Shown: positions 49,647 through 60,704, counted from the first letter of the stretch. The stretch is DNA of 64,000 nucleotides from Promethearchaeota archaeon (GCA_016839705.1 JAEOTR010000024.1:1-64000), one strand, 5' to 3'. Numbers and translations: made by a program. The notes: generated from the sequence alone by a model not told the origin.

Positions 49647-50717
49647 TTATGCTAATGTAATTTCTTTTGACAAATAAACGTCTTGTACGGCGTTTAGTAT
49701 TTTAATACCCTCGGGGGTTGGTTTTTTAAACGCCTTGCGACCGAGAATTAATCCCATCCCTCCTGAACGTTTGTTTATAACTGCAGCAGTCACAGCATCA
49801 GCAAAATCGTTATCTCCTGAAGCTCCTCCAGAATTAATCAACCCAATTCTTCCCATATAACAGTTAGCAACTTGATATCTATTCCACTCGATAGGGTGAT
49901 CGGTTGCTAATTTATCATAAACAAGTTTATCAGTTCGTCCAAAATTTAAATCAAGAAAACCTCTACTAGTCGTGGATAACTTTTGTTTAATGATATCTGC
50001 TTCAATTGTTACTCCTAAGTAATTTGCTTGGCTTTCCAAATCATTTGCAGTATGGTAATCCTTTCCATCTTTAATAAATTCTTCAGTGTTCCTTAAATAG
50101 GTCCAAAGAATGCATACAAGACCTAATTCATGAGCATATTTAAAAGCTTCACTTATTTCTTGAATTTGACGTCTACAATTTGGGGAACCAAAATAAATTG
50201 TTGCTCCAATTCCTATGGCACCCATCTCCCAAGCCTGATCAATACCCGCCCAAAGAGTTTGATCTGAGATTTCTGGTTTAGCTAAGAGTTCATTATGGTT
50301 AATTTTCACAACTAAAGGTATTTTTCGTGCATACCGTCTTGAAACAGAGCCTAAAACTCCAAGAGTAGACACAACACCGCTACATCCGCCATCGATACCT
50401 AATTTAATTATATTTTCCGGATCAAAATATGATGGATTGATTGCGAAACTTGCTGAGGCACTATGTTCAATACCTTGATCTACGGGTAAAATTGAGAGAT
50501 ATCCCGTTCCAGCTAATCTTCCTGTTTGATTGAATAACCTACTTAAATTATTTAATACCCGGTTGTTTCTATCTGTGTGTTCAAAGACTCTTTCTATGTA
50601 GTCTGGTCCCGGTGCGTGGATCATTGTTTTCGGAATTCCGGTACATGTATGATTCAGTAGATTATCCGCTTCGGAGCCCAAAAGATTTTTTATTTCTGTA
50701 AAATCCATTTTATTCAC
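49647..50717 (-). CDS. fbaB: Class I fructose-bisphosphate aldolase, bacterial FbaB/DhnA type
   Basis: [42 protein letters not shown]. Confidence 0.92.
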   Translation of the reverse strand: MNKMDFTEIKNLLGSEADNLLNHTCTGIPKTMIHAPGPDYIERVFEHTDRNNRVLNNLSRLFNQTGRLAGTGYLSILPVDQGIEHSASASFAINPSYFDPENIIKLGIDGGCSGVVSTLGVLGSVSRRYARKIPLVVKINHNELLAKPEISDQTLWAGIDQAWEMGAIGIGATIYFGSPNCRRQIQEISEAFKYAHELGLVCILWTYLRNTEEFIKDGKDYHTANDLESQANYLGVTIEADIIKQKLSTTSRGFLDLNFGRTDKLVYDKLATDHPIEWNRYQVANCYMGRIGLINSGGASGDNDFADAVTAAVINKRSGGMGLILGRKAFKKPTPEGIKILNAVQDVYLSKEITLA

Positions 50718-50852
50718 TTCATAATTTCTAATTAATGAAGAAATAAGAGTCTTAACATTAAATATTTTGGTTAAACGTTCTAATAAATTTTGAAATCTTT
50801 GATATTAAAATTAGTCTTAAACTCGGGATATTGACTTTTCAACTTAAATTGC

Positions 50853-51161
50853 TTAATTCTGATTTTTTTCAACTTTGAAAAATTCTCTTAAAAGGTCTGA
50901 GAGTAGATTATAATTATTAGAATGAATATTTGAGCTACTACTTTCAAGTTTTAATGAAATTTTTCTTCTTTCTATTCCTGAGGTTTCCAATTTCACAATT
51001 AATTTCTTGTTTTCAAATTTAGATTTCTTTCCATTTGAATTACCATTGCCCCATAAATTTTCTATTTTATCAACCATCTTCTCTTTTTGTTGAAGGGATT
51101 TTAATTTATTCTGCACCAGAAGAGGAGGATTTTCTAATGTCAATTTTTTCAATTTTTCCAT
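50853..51161 (-). CDS. Hypothetical protein
   Basis: 102-aa ORF filling an intergenic gap; no recognisable motif. Confidence 0.5.
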   Translation of the reverse strand: MEKLKKLTLENPPLLVQNKLKSLQQKEKMVDKIENLWGNGNSNGKKSKFENKKLIVKLETSGIERRKISLKLESSSSNIHSNNYNLLSDLLREFFKVEKNQN

Positions 51162-51283
51162 TTTAAAACATCTTATCGATATTTATGTATAATTTGATTC
51201 TTAATTCATATTTAAAAACTCCAAACAAAAATGGGAAATATTCTCTCAATAAAATTTATTTTCCACAATAGATTTTCAAAAAC

Positions 51284-51613
51284 ATGCCTGATGAATTCGA
51301 TTTTAAAGATTATGAAAGCATGGAAGACTATGGCAAGACTGTTGAGGGTACAAAATATTTGCACTCGCTCTATTTAAAAGCTGTAAATCACCCTATCAGG
51401 CGGGAAATTTTAACAATTGTTAACAAAGCAAATAAAATTTCGAGGAATAATTTATTTGAAATTTTGAAAGACAATGATATTGTTAGTGATGAACCTGTGC
51501 TAGACTACAATATGGATTATTTAATAAAAGCCTTTTGTGTTAAAAAAATTGTTGAAGAAGGCGAAATATATTATGAAATTACTCAAAGTGGGCAAGTTGT
51601 AGATTATTTATAG
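51284..51613 (+). CDS. Winged-helix (ArsR-like) DNA-binding protein
   Basis: KAVNHPIRREIL...LDYNMDYL...YYEITQSG. Confidence 0.75.
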   Translation: MPDEFDFKDYESMEDYGKTVEGTKYLHSLYLKAVNHPIRREILTIVNKANKISRNNLFEILKDNDIVSDEPVLDYNMDYLIKAFCVKKIVEEGEIYYEITQSGQVVDYL

Positions 51614-51620
51614 TATTAAA

Positions 51621-52070
51621 CTATTTTTCCAGTGTAATCCTTTTAAAACACTCACAACAAGGCACACCCAGATTAATATTGTATTTTCTAAATTTCTTAT
51701 TCTTAATATTCATCAACCTTATTAATTCCCTTAATAAGTGTTTTTTGCTTTCATCAAAAAATAGTTGTTTTAAATTGAAATAATGGTTAGGGTTTCCACA
51801 AATTGGACATTTTTTATAATAACTAATAAATTTGTAAAATTTTTTTTTATCTTCATCTGATAATGCTTCAATTTTTGAATCGGGATGACTTTCAATTATA
51901 TCTTTTAAATGATTTAATTCGGTTAGCATAGAATTTCTTAAAAAATTAGCATTAAACCTGTTTTCTCGGACAGGTTCATTTACTAGATTGATTTGATCAG
52001 TGAATTTATCAAAATATTCTATAGCTTCATTAAAGAACAGTAAAGTGTTTTTTTCTCTCTTCTCATCCAT
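51621..52070 (-). CDS. Hypothetical protein with zinc-binding cysteines
   Basis: CPICG...H and PCCEC. Confidence 0.6.
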   Translation of the reverse strand: MDEKREKNTLLFFNEAIEYFDKFTDQINLVNEPVRENRFNANFLRNSMLTELNHLKDIIESHPDSKIEALSDEDKKKFYKFISYYKKCPICGNPNHYFNLKQLFFDESKKHLLRELIRLMNIKNKKFRKYNINLGVPCCECFKRITLEK

Positions 52071-52150
52071 CTTAGTAACCGATAATCAAAAATAAATTAA
52101 AATCTTAACTCTTTATAGAATAATTATTCAAAGTATCTAAAAAAATCTTA

Positions 52151-53437
52151 TCAGAAAAATTTGAGAAATTTCTCATTTCTGTTAAATAAATCATTCTTAT
52201 TTTCACCAGTCAACCTTCTAAAATCAATAACTTTTGAAGATGCGAAATATTCAAAGTCAAATTGAACATCATCTCCCGCATTTCTTCCCGGGATTGGCAT
52301 AAGCCTACATGTTAACGGTTTGTTTAATCTCACCGATAATGTACACATATCCAATAAAATATAGAATAATTCTTGTTCTGTTATATCTCCTGGTAAGGGG
52401 ATGACATCTAGTCCTGCACCACACATCGTTGAATACAAAAGTAGCGAATCTAAATTGAATTTATCTTCAGATAATCTTTTAGATAGAATATAATCCTCTA
52501 AAACGGGTTGGAAAAAACCAGAAAAGCCTATTACTTTCTCTTTATTAACTGGTATTGAGTTCTTTATAAGGGCAACTCCTGTTAGCGTACCATGGGCGCC
52601 AAAATACTCAATCCCTAGTTTTTCAATAGCGGTTCCAATACTTTTATCTGCTTCAGGAAAGGGTGCCGGTGAATAATCAATTCCTTTAAATTCAACGTTA
52701 AAACTACGCCCAATTTTTTCACAAATCTTTGTAATTTCATCATAAATTTGATTAAATCTGGAGAGTAAATTAAATTGAGCATCCTTTATTGTATTTGAGT
52801 TTTCAATGGCATTTACCACCTCATCTGCCATTTCTAAGGCAAGTGAAAATGCAGGTTTTTCTGAAAAATGATAAGCTGCTGGAAAGAAGGGAAAATTTGG
52901 ACCTACATTAGCAGATACACAAAAATTTAAATTCTTAAATGGGTCTGGGTCAGATAATTGTTTGATTATTTTAGCTCCAGATTTTAAAGCATGAATATTA
53001 ATTCCTTCTCGTGTAGATGCAACTGGTAAAGAAGTGAAAAAGATATCTGTATTTTTAATAAACTGAGGAACTTGATCCAATAATAGCTTTTCAAAAATTC
53101 CCAATTCTTGAATTTTATCTGCTAGCATCATAGCGCATGCAAAATAATCAAATTCGTAATCCTTAAACATGTCCTGTAAGAACTTAAGTTGGCTATCTAT
53201 ATCAACCAAAGTGTCTTTCAAATTTTTTTCATAAAATAATCTATTGTCATAACTGAAAAGAGGTTGAGAGCAAAACCTTTTAGTTTGAACAGGATAACCA
53301 ATCTCTTCGAAAGCCTTAATTAATTCCTTGTTAAGATCAGAAAAATTCTCAAGATTTTCTTGCATAAAAGATAAGATCGACTCATTTTTGTAAAGAAATG
53401 GTACAATTTGACCAATTGTAATCGCTCTTATCCTCAT
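52151..53437 (-). CDS. DUF711 family protein
   Basis: MRIRAITIG, PFFPAAYH, GIDYSPAP, GFSG..PVLED, CGAGLDVIPLPGD, KPLTCRLMPIPG. Confidence 0.85.
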   Translation of the reverse strand: MRIRAITIGQIVPFLYKNESILSFMQENLENFSDLNKELIKAFEEIGYPVQTKRFCSQPLFSYDNRLFYEKNLKDTLVDIDSQLKFLQDMFKDYEFDYFACAMMLADKIQELGIFEKLLLDQVPQFIKNTDIFFTSLPVASTREGINIHALKSGAKIIKQLSDPDPFKNLNFCVSANVGPNFPFFPAAYHFSEKPAFSLALEMADEVVNAIENSNTIKDAQFNLLSRFNQIYDEITKICEKIGRSFNVEFKGIDYSPAPFPEADKSIGTAIEKLGIEYFGAHGTLTGVALIKNSIPVNKEKVIGFSGFFQPVLEDYILSKRLSEDKFNLDSLLLYSTMCGAGLDVIPLPGDITEQELFYILLDMCTLSVRLNKPLTCRLMPIPGRNAGDDVQFDFEYFASSKVIDFRRLTGENKNDLFNRNEKFLKFF

Positions 53438-53568
53438 ACTTTTCCCTATTCTCTAAATTATTACTAATAGTAATAATATAATTAAAAAATTAATTTATGT
53501 ACATAATGAAATTTGAGTTAATTCTATTTATATCTATAATTGAATTATTAATTAAATTTCATCTAATA

Positions 53569-55956
53569 TTACTTTACTTTTTCTTTAGTTCTTTCTTTTT
53601 TCTCAGATGAAAGGACTTTTGTATATTCATTAGGTCGTATGGGGCCTAATTTTTCTAATATTTCTTTAAATTCTTTTATAACTTTCGCGAATTTTTCTCC
53701 TTCACCGGCATCAATACTAATAATTTTGACTCGATTCTCGTTAATCCCTGCTTCTGTTAACATTTCTTTTATACTTTCGTATCGAAACGTCGCTTTAACA
53801 AACCCTTCTTCATAATGGCAATCTTGAGGATAACACCCCGCGATTAACACACCATCAGCACCATAAAAAAAACTTTCAAAGACTAAAGAAGGATTAAGCA
53901 TTGCGGTACACATGACGTGAACGGCTCTGATATTTGTCGGATAAGTTATTTTACTTGTTCCCGCGAGATCAGCACCAAGATATGAACACCAATTACATAA
54001 AAATGCTATAATTAAAGGTGATTCACTTTTTTGTTTTAAAATTGATTGAATTTGAGCAGATATCTGGGTTTTGGTGAATCCTGGTATATATAAAGCATCA
54101 GAATGACACATAGCAGCACAAGCACCACAACCAGAACAGTTTTCTTTTATAATTTCTAATTGATTGTCTTCGATTTTTAATGCATTATATACACAAGAAT
54201 CAAGGCATAATCTACATAGATCGCATTTCTCTCTATCGAGGTATACAATATGGGGATCTAATTCAACTTTTCCTTTTGCTATTAGTGAAATGGCTTTAGA
54301 TGCAGCACTTTCAGCTTGAGCGATACTTGAAGGAATATCTTTTGGTCCTTGTATGGCACCAGCTAAGAAAATTCCATTTAACGTAGTTTCTGACGGTCTT
54401 ACTTTTAGATGTTTCTCGAGTATAAAACCATAAGGATCTAGAGACACGTTTAAAATATTACTCAATTTATCTGTTCCCTCTGCGGGTTCGATGCCAACTG
54501 CTAAGACAACTAAATCTGTTTTATTCTCAAATATACTGTTTTCAATTACATCTTCACCTTGAATCAATAGTTGATCTGAAGTATCATTTTTTAGGACGGC
54601 GGAGATACTACTCTTAATAAATCTAATTCCAAAAGTTTCTCTAGCTCTGTTATAAAATTCTTCACAATTCTTACCGGTGGCTCTTATATCGTTATAGTAT
54701 ATACTGATCTCCGTTTCGGGGTTTTCCTTTTTAATTAAAACTGCTTGTTTAATCGATGCATTACAGCAAGTTTGACTGCAGTATTCTCGGTGAATTTGTT
54801 TATTCCTTGAACCTACGCATAAGATAAATGATATTTTTTTCGGTTTAAGACCGCTTGATGGTTTTATCACTCTTCCATGAGTTGGACCATCATTATTAAG
54901 TAATCTTTCCATTTGCATTGTAGTTATTACATCTGGATTTTTAAGGTAATTGAATTCACCAAGTAAGGAAGGATCAAAGGTTTTCAAGCCTGTTGCAACT
55001 ATAATTGATCCAACTTCTATATTCAAAGTTTCAGGCTCCTGATCGAAATCTATTGCATCCCTTTCTCCACATGCTTGTTGACAGGCTTTACAGCCTATGC
55101 AGTATTCCTCAAGAATATTAGGAAGCAAAGGTATTGCTTGAGGGAAAGTGATATCTATAGCTTTTCGGGGAAAGAAAGTCTCTTCAATATCAATTGGGCA
55201 TACCTCTCGACATATGTCGATACACCCCACGCATACTTCTTCCTTAATAAAACGGGGTTTTTTTGTTATTGAAACATCAAAATTCCCAATATAACCCTCA
55301 ACTTTCTCAACGGTAGAATAAGTTATAAGCTCAATATTAGGATGATCTTTTACTTCTGTCATTAATGGACCGAGGATACAAATCGAACAGTCTAATGTAG
55401 GAAAGGTCTTATCAAACAATGCCATGTGACCTCCAATCGTAGGTTTTCTTTCAACCAAATATACCTTATATCCTGCTTCAGCTATAACTAATGCAGCTTT
55501 GATTCCTGCTATACCACCCCCTATAACTAAGGTAGACGGAAGGATTGTAGAATATTGAACATCTAAGGGCTCTAAAAGTTTAACTTGTTCTATTGCCATA
55601 TTTATTTGATCAATTGCCTTTCTTGTAGCTTTTTCTGGTTGATCAGCATGAACCCAGGAATTTTGTTCTCTTATGTTAGCAAAAGATATTAAAAATTGAT
55701 TAATTCCTGCTTTCTCGATAGTCTTTCGAAAGAGTAAACCATGGAGTTTAAATGAACAGGCAGCTATTACTACTCTATCTATTTTTACTGCTTTTACCTC
55801 ATCGATAACCTTATTTAATCCTGATTCAGAACATAAATACGTGTCTCTAAATACATGAATTTCAGGTTTTTGGCTAAAATGTTCAATCAAATATTCATTG
55901 TCAATTGTACCGCTTATATTCTTTCCACAATCACAAATAAATAAGCCAATTTTCAA
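53569..55956 (-). CDS. hdrA: Heterodisulfide reductase subunit A fused to an MvhD/FlpD [2Fe-2S] domain
   Basis: CDCG, GGGIAG, KTFPTLDC, CVGSR...YCSQTCC, ferredoxin inserts; C-terminal CNWCSY...GCYPQDCHY. Confidence 0.92.
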   Translation of the reverse strand: MKIGLFICDCGKNISGTIDNEYLIEHFSQKPEIHVFRDTYLCSESGLNKVIDEVKAVKIDRVVIAACSFKLHGLLFRKTIEKAGINQFLISFANIREQNSWVHADQPEKATRKAIDQINMAIEQVKLLEPLDVQYSTILPSTLVIGGGIAGIKAALVIAEAGYKVYLVERKPTIGGHMALFDKTFPTLDCSICILGPLMTEVKDHPNIELITYSTVEKVEGYIGNFDVSITKKPRFIKEEVCVGCIDICREVCPIDIEETFFPRKAIDITFPQAIPLLPNILEEYCIGCKACQQACGERDAIDFDQEPETLNIEVGSIIVATGLKTFDPSLLGEFNYLKNPDVITTMQMERLLNNDGPTHGRVIKPSSGLKPKKISFILCVGSRNKQIHREYCSQTCCNASIKQAVLIKKENPETEISIYYNDIRATGKNCEEFYNRARETFGIRFIKSSISAVLKNDTSDQLLIQGEDVIENSIFENKTDLVVLAVGIEPAEGTDKLSNILNVSLDPYGFILEKHLKVRPSETTLNGIFLAGAIQGPKDIPSSIAQAESAASKAISLIAKGKVELDPHIVYLDREKCDLCRLCLDSCVYNALKIEDNQLEIIKENCSGCGACAAMCHSDALYIPGFTKTQISAQIQSILKQKSESPLIIAFLCNWCSYLGADLAGTSKITYPTNIRAVHVMCTAMLNPSLVFESFFYGADGVLIAGCYPQDCHYEEGFVKATFRYESIKEMLTEAGINENRVKIISIDAGEGEKFAKVIKEFKEILEKLGPIRPNEYTKVLSSEKKERTKEKVK

Positions 55957-56080
55957 TTTAATACCACTTGTATATATTAAATTTTTCGCAATTCTATGGT
56001 TAATATAGAGTTAAGTTTTTATTAATTATTCCTAATAATTAGTAAAAGTCGAGGTTAGCTCTTCTTTATAATCTAAAATT

Positions 56081-56692
56081 TTATTTAACCTCCTTAAGCT
56101 TTTTTTTTGGCAGAAATGGATAGACTTTAAGAATATCAAAATTTTTTCCTTTTATTTTAAGGAAATACTTCTTCTCCATCTCATATTCTGCATTTGCCCA
56201 TTTTTGAATTTCTTGAGGATCATAATATCTGCCTTTTCCTTTAAGAGAAGCTTGTAAACCTGGACATTTTTTGGAATATTCTATAACCTTTTTTCTACTA
56301 GTCACCATCATCTTCCAAAAAGGAAAGCATCGACATTGAAATGGGCGAGCATTATGGACAGTACAGCGATTTTTTTCATCTAAAAAATGACAGTGTTCAT
56401 CACCTCCAGTGAAAGCAAACCCAAGAGTTTTGAATTTGTAGGTTTTACCTCTAGTAGCTCCGGGTTCTTTCCAGAAAAAACTATCATTAATTACCTTAAC
56501 GTACTTTTCTGCAAACTTCTTTAAGCCCTCTTCACCCTCGATATTTAAGAATTTAGCTAATCGAAGAATATCGTCTTTATATAAATACACTTCACCCTCA
56601 TTGAACCCTCTACAACAATCACCACACATTTGACATGAGAATTCAATTCCGTTCTCAAGACTCTTCGAAATCTTGATTTCTTCAGATGTCAA
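56081..56692 (-). CDS. YkgJ family CxxCxxCC cysteine-cluster protein
   Basis: CQMCGDCC, CHFLD...CTVH..RPFQCRCFPFW, CPG. Confidence 0.88.
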   Translation of the reverse strand: MTSEEIKISKSLENGIEFSCQMCGDCCRGFNEGEVYLYKDDILRLAKFLNIEGEEGLKKFAEKYVKVINDSFFWKEPGATRGKTYKFKTLGFAFTGGDEHCHFLDEKNRCTVHNARPFQCRCFPFWKMMVTSRKKVIEYSKKCPGLQASLKGKGRYYDPQEIQKWANAEYEMEKKYFLKIKGKNFDILKVYPFLPKKKLKEVK

Positions 56693-56799
56693 GTTAACTA
56701 ATTTTAATCAGATTATAATTTAATAAATAATATTGAAGTATTTAATTAATATTTAAATATTAATTATAGTTGGGAATTAAGATAAAGGAGTTTTGATGT

Positions 56800-59061
56800 T
56801 TGGTTAATAATTTAGTATTCAAGGATAAGCTTGATTTAGATCTCCATTATGTTAATGATGTTATTAAAGACCTAGAAGTAATTTTAGTTAGAAATAATAT
56901 TCGAAGTGATTTTCGGTTCAAACAATGGTTAACCGACTTTCAACACATATATGGGGATAAAGAGACAAATCTCCGTCTCTATATATGCAATTCTATCGTA
57001 TATTTTATAGGCCTTCTTTTTATCTCTAAGTTTGTTCTTGATGAAAAAAATACGTTTACAAAAAATAAAACCTTATTAGAAGACTTGAAAGAATTTGAGA
57101 TTAAAATAGAAACCAATTTTAAGGATCTTAGGATTATTGAGTTTGAATACTTTAAACCATTTTTTTTAATTTCTGAAGAGGAAAATTTAAGTTTATTTAC
57201 TAAACTTATTTTAAAAATAAGAAATACCTTTTTCAACCCATTAATCGAACCAGAATATATATTTGATTTTATTACGCAGAACTTAATCCCCCCAATTTTA
57301 AAACACAGCTCAGGTGAATATTATACACCCCCATTTCTAGTAAAAAAGATGGTGGAAGAATCATACTCATTAGGAGAAACTGTTCTTGATCCTTGTTGTG
57401 GTTCTGGAAATTTTATAGTTGGATTGATAAAATATATTTTCTCTAAAGGAATTTCTAACAAAGATAAATTGGAAGCTATAAATAGAATATATGGCTTCGA
57501 TATTAATCCAATTTCAATTTTTACATCGAAAATTAACTTTCTCTTTTTATTAAAGGAAGAAATCTCTAATATTAAACTAAATTTCTTTGTAAAAGATTTC
57601 TTGTTTCAAGAAAGGAATGATTTAAAAGACAGATTTGATTTGATCATAGGTAATCCTCCTTGGTATACCTACAGAGATGTAAATTCTATAGATTACCAAG
57701 AAAGATTAAAAAATCTCGCAGAAAATCTTGAAATTAAACCACGCCCTAAAAATCTTTTAAACTTGGAAATATCTACGTTATTTTTTTTTAAAGCGAATTA
57801 CTATTATCTAAAAAACCAAGCGAAGATTTTTTTTGTAATTACAAAGGGAGTTATAACCGGTTCCCATGCCTCCAGATTCCGAAATTTTAAAGGTTTTTCA
57901 GATATAAGAATATGGGAATTCGATAAAAAAATCGAAAAGATATTTAATATTGATTTTGTTTGCCTTTATGCCCAAAAACAGCAAAACAGAGAAATTAATT
58001 CTCCTTATGAAATCCCCTCTTACCAATTTGTGTTAAAGGATGATAATATAGAAATTAGCTATTTTAGTATAGTTAACTTAGAATTAAAAAAGGTAGAAAC
58101 TCTTATTCCTTTCTCAATTGAACAAAAGGGAGAGAAAATATTTGTTAAAAAACTAATTCCAAAGGATAAATTGGGTGATTTACTGCCTATGGAAGAAAGC
58201 TATTACAAACCTCTCTTTCATAAGGGAGCAGATTTAAATCCAAGAAATTTAATTTTTATAAAGTTCACAGAATTAGATGCTCTACGAGTAAAAATAAATC
58301 CTGATGAACGTATTTTTAAACGAGCTAAAATTCCATGGAATAAAATAGAATATAGAGATAAAATTGTTGAGAAAAAATATTTGTTTAAAGTTCTTAAAAG
58401 TACAGAATTGGTAAAATTTCATCTCTATGATCATTATCAGGTGTTCTTACCCCTTAATAAAGAGGACTTGAGCTTCGATTATAATAGCCTAGAGGAAAAT
58501 TCAAAGAGTTTTTATGATCATATTAATGAAACATATCTGAATAATAAAAAAGAGACAACTGCTCATAATTCCTTAATGGAAAACCTTAATCGATGGGCTA
58601 AATTGATCAATCCAAGGCAATTATCAAAAATCAAGGTAGTATACAATAATTCAGGTTCGACACTAAACTCCGCTGTTGTCGAAGGAGACTTTTTGATAAC
58701 AGGAGATTTAAGTTTTTATGATACCTATGATCTTAATGAAGCACACTATTTATCCGCAATCTTGAATTCTAACATCTTAAGTGAGCAAATTAAAATTATG
58801 AAAAGTTCACGACATATATTCAAACTACCATTCAATATTCCTATTAGTAAATTTGATTTAAAGAATTCTAATCATCAACATCTAGCGCAATTGGGTAAGA
58901 AGGGATATGATATGGCTATGCATATTATTAGCTCTATTTATAAAAAGAGTATGGATAAAATTTCTAAGAATAAGATTCAAACTATTTTAAATAAAGAGCT
59001 AAAACCTATTTTGAATCAAATTGATGAATTTGTGATTAAAGAATTTCCCTCAATAAATTAA
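56800..59061 (+). CDS. N6-adenine DNA methyltransferase with C-terminal target recognition domain (Eco57I/type IIG-like MTase-TRD)
   Basis: GEYYTP, VLDPCCGSG (motif I), IGNPPW (motif IV), YLSAILNS. Confidence 0.85.
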   Translation: MVNNLVFKDKLDLDLHYVNDVIKDLEVILVRNNIRSDFRFKQWLTDFQHIYGDKETNLRLYICNSIVYFIGLLFISKFVLDEKNTFTKNKTLLEDLKEFEIKIETNFKDLRIIEFEYFKPFFLISEEENLSLFTKLILKIRNTFFNPLIEPEYIFDFITQNLIPPILKHSSGEYYTPPFLVKKMVEESYSLGETVLDPCCGSGNFIVGLIKYIFSKGISNKDKLEAINRIYGFDINPISIFTSKINFLFLLKEEISNIKLNFFVKDFLFQERNDLKDRFDLIIGNPPWYTYRDVNSIDYQERLKNLAENLEIKPRPKNLLNLEISTLFFFKANYYYLKNQAKIFFVITKGVITGSHASRFRNFKGFSDIRIWEFDKKIEKIFNIDFVCLYAQKQQNREINSPYEIPSYQFVLKDDNIEISYFSIVNLELKKVETLIPFSIEQKGEKIFVKKLIPKDKLGDLLPMEESYYKPLFHKGADLNPRNLIFIKFTELDALRVKINPDERIFKRAKIPWNKIEYRDKIVEKKYLFKVLKSTELVKFHLYDHYQVFLPLNKEDLSFDYNSLEENSKSFYDHINETYLNNKKETTAHNSLMENLNRWAKLINPRQLSKIKVVYNNSGSTLNSAVVEGDFLITGDLSFYDTYDLNEAHYLSAILNSNILSEQIKIMKSSRHIFKLPFNIPISKFDLKNSNHQHLAQLGKKGYDMAMHIISSIYKKSMDKISKNKIQTILNKELKPILNQIDEFVIKEFPSIN

Positions 59062-59184
59062 AAATCTCGTTTGTTATGGAAAAAAAAGTAAAATTGAATT
59101 GTAAAAAATAAGGGTGTACTAAAATAAATAGGTGTTTTAATTTTTACATAGTATATACCCATTCATAATTAAATAGATTGAATT

Positions 59185-59703
59185 TTGCGTAATTATATCT
59201 TTAAAATTTTAATCACCGGAAATGCAACTGTAGGAAAAACGAGTTTACTGCGGAGATACGTAGATGGGATGTTCGATGACTCTAGTGTTATGACTGTTGG
59301 TGTAGATTTTTTCACGATGGATCTATTCTTTGATAATGTACATTGTTCATTACAGCTCTGGGATCTAGGAGGACAAAAACGATTTCGGTATCTTCTTGAG
59401 AATTATGTAATGGGTGCGAGAGGTGCTCTCCTTCTATTTGATTTAACAAGGATGCCAAAAATAGGAGATATTCTGGAATGGGTAAATATTGCCAGACTTC
59501 ATGATATAAATTTACCAATAATATTAGTTGGAACAAAAAATGATTTAGAAGATTACATTGCTGTTGATGATGAAAGTGCTTTCCACATAAAAAATGCTTT
59601 TAATATGATTGACTATATAAAAACTTCTGCTAAAACGGGATATAATGTTGAGACAGTTTTTGAACTCTTAGCGAAGAGACTTACTGAAGTTAGTAAATAT
59701 TGA
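59185..59703 (+). CDS. Rab-like small GTPase
   Basis: GNATVGKT, TVGVDF, WDLGGQ, TKND, TSAK; no prenylation tail. Confidence 0.92.
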   Translation: MRNYIFKILITGNATVGKTSLLRRYVDGMFDDSSVMTVGVDFFTMDLFFDNVHCSLQLWDLGGQKRFRYLLENYVMGARGALLLFDLTRMPKIGDILEWVNIARLHDINLPIILVGTKNDLEDYIAVDDESAFHIKNAFNMIDYIKTSAKTGYNVETVFELLAKRLTEVSKY

Positions 59704-59729
59704 TTAGAGGTAGTAAAAAAAAGTAAATC

Positions 59730-60536
59730 ATGAACGACGAATTAGTATTTCTTGGATCTGGTGGCGGAAGGCATCATATAAGGACTCAACATCGAGCCAC
59801 AGGAGGATTCTTATATAAGTTCAATGGAATTACATCGCACATTGATCCAGGACCCGGTGCTATTGTCAGGATGAATCAATATGGAGAGGATCCTGTAAAA
59901 ACAGAGTTATTTATTATTACTCATTCACATATTGATCATTACAATGATGCTAGCGCAATAATCGAAAGTTCAAGAGAACTACTACATGATAAAAACTATA
60001 ATTATTATAAGAAAGGTGTATTGATAACAACTGATGACGTAGTTCGCCTTATTTCCGATTATCATTTGCAAATGGTGGAAGAAATTGTTAAATTAAAAGC
60101 AGGTGATACATTCAAATATAAAGATGTTGAAATTATAGGAACTAAAGTTGTTCATTCTCCACATAATGAAGGATTTGGAATACGATTTAACCTTGAAAAC
60201 TATTCTTTAGCATATACTAGTGATACAATGGTTTTTGACGGATTTTCAGAACAATTCAATGGCGTTAACATTCTCATTCTTAACCTACTGCGTCCTGATT
60301 CTGTTACCTGTAAACGACATGTTTGTACTGATGAAGTTATTCCTTATCTAAATCTTATTAACCCTCCATTAGAAACTTTGATCATAACTCATTTTGGTTC
60401 ATTTATGGATGGTCCTCGTTCAAAAAAAAATCATGTGCCTAGCCAAGTAGCAAAACTCCAAGAGAAAACCGATATTAAAAGAATAATCGCGGCTGAAGAT
60501 GGATTAAAACTAAAGGTAAAAGAATTATTAGCATAA
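59730..60536 (+). CDS. MBL-fold metallo-hydrolase (archaeal RNase Z-like/PhnP family)
   Basis: FLGSGGGR, IDPGPG, THSHIDH, YTSDT, THFG. Confidence 0.85.
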   Translation: MNDELVFLGSGGGRHHIRTQHRATGGFLYKFNGITSHIDPGPGAIVRMNQYGEDPVKTELFIITHSHIDHYNDASAIIESSRELLHDKNYNYYKKGVLITTDDVVRLISDYHLQMVEEIVKLKAGDTFKYKDVEIIGTKVVHSPHNEGFGIRFNLENYSLAYTSDTMVFDGFSEQFNGVNILILNLLRPDSVTCKRHVCTDEVIPYLNLINPPLETLIITHFGSFMDGPRSKKNHVPSQVAKLQEKTDIKRIIAAEDGLKLKVKELLA

Positions 60537-60704
60537 ATCCATAGAAGAAAAATCGTCATCGATCTTAAATTTGGTAATAAGATTTTTTTTAATTAGAAAG
60601 GTTTTGTAATAATTTGAGATGTATTAATATATCTAGCTAATTTATGTCTCAATAATTGTATAAAATCTACGAACCTTATTTGAATTAATACTTTTAATTA
60701 AAAA

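Noticed and set aside
19355-55956. Selenocysteine (UGA) recoding in the TrxR or HdrA/MvhD genes
   Set aside because: The frames are open with Cys or Ser codons and no in-frame TGA; no convincing SECIS was seen
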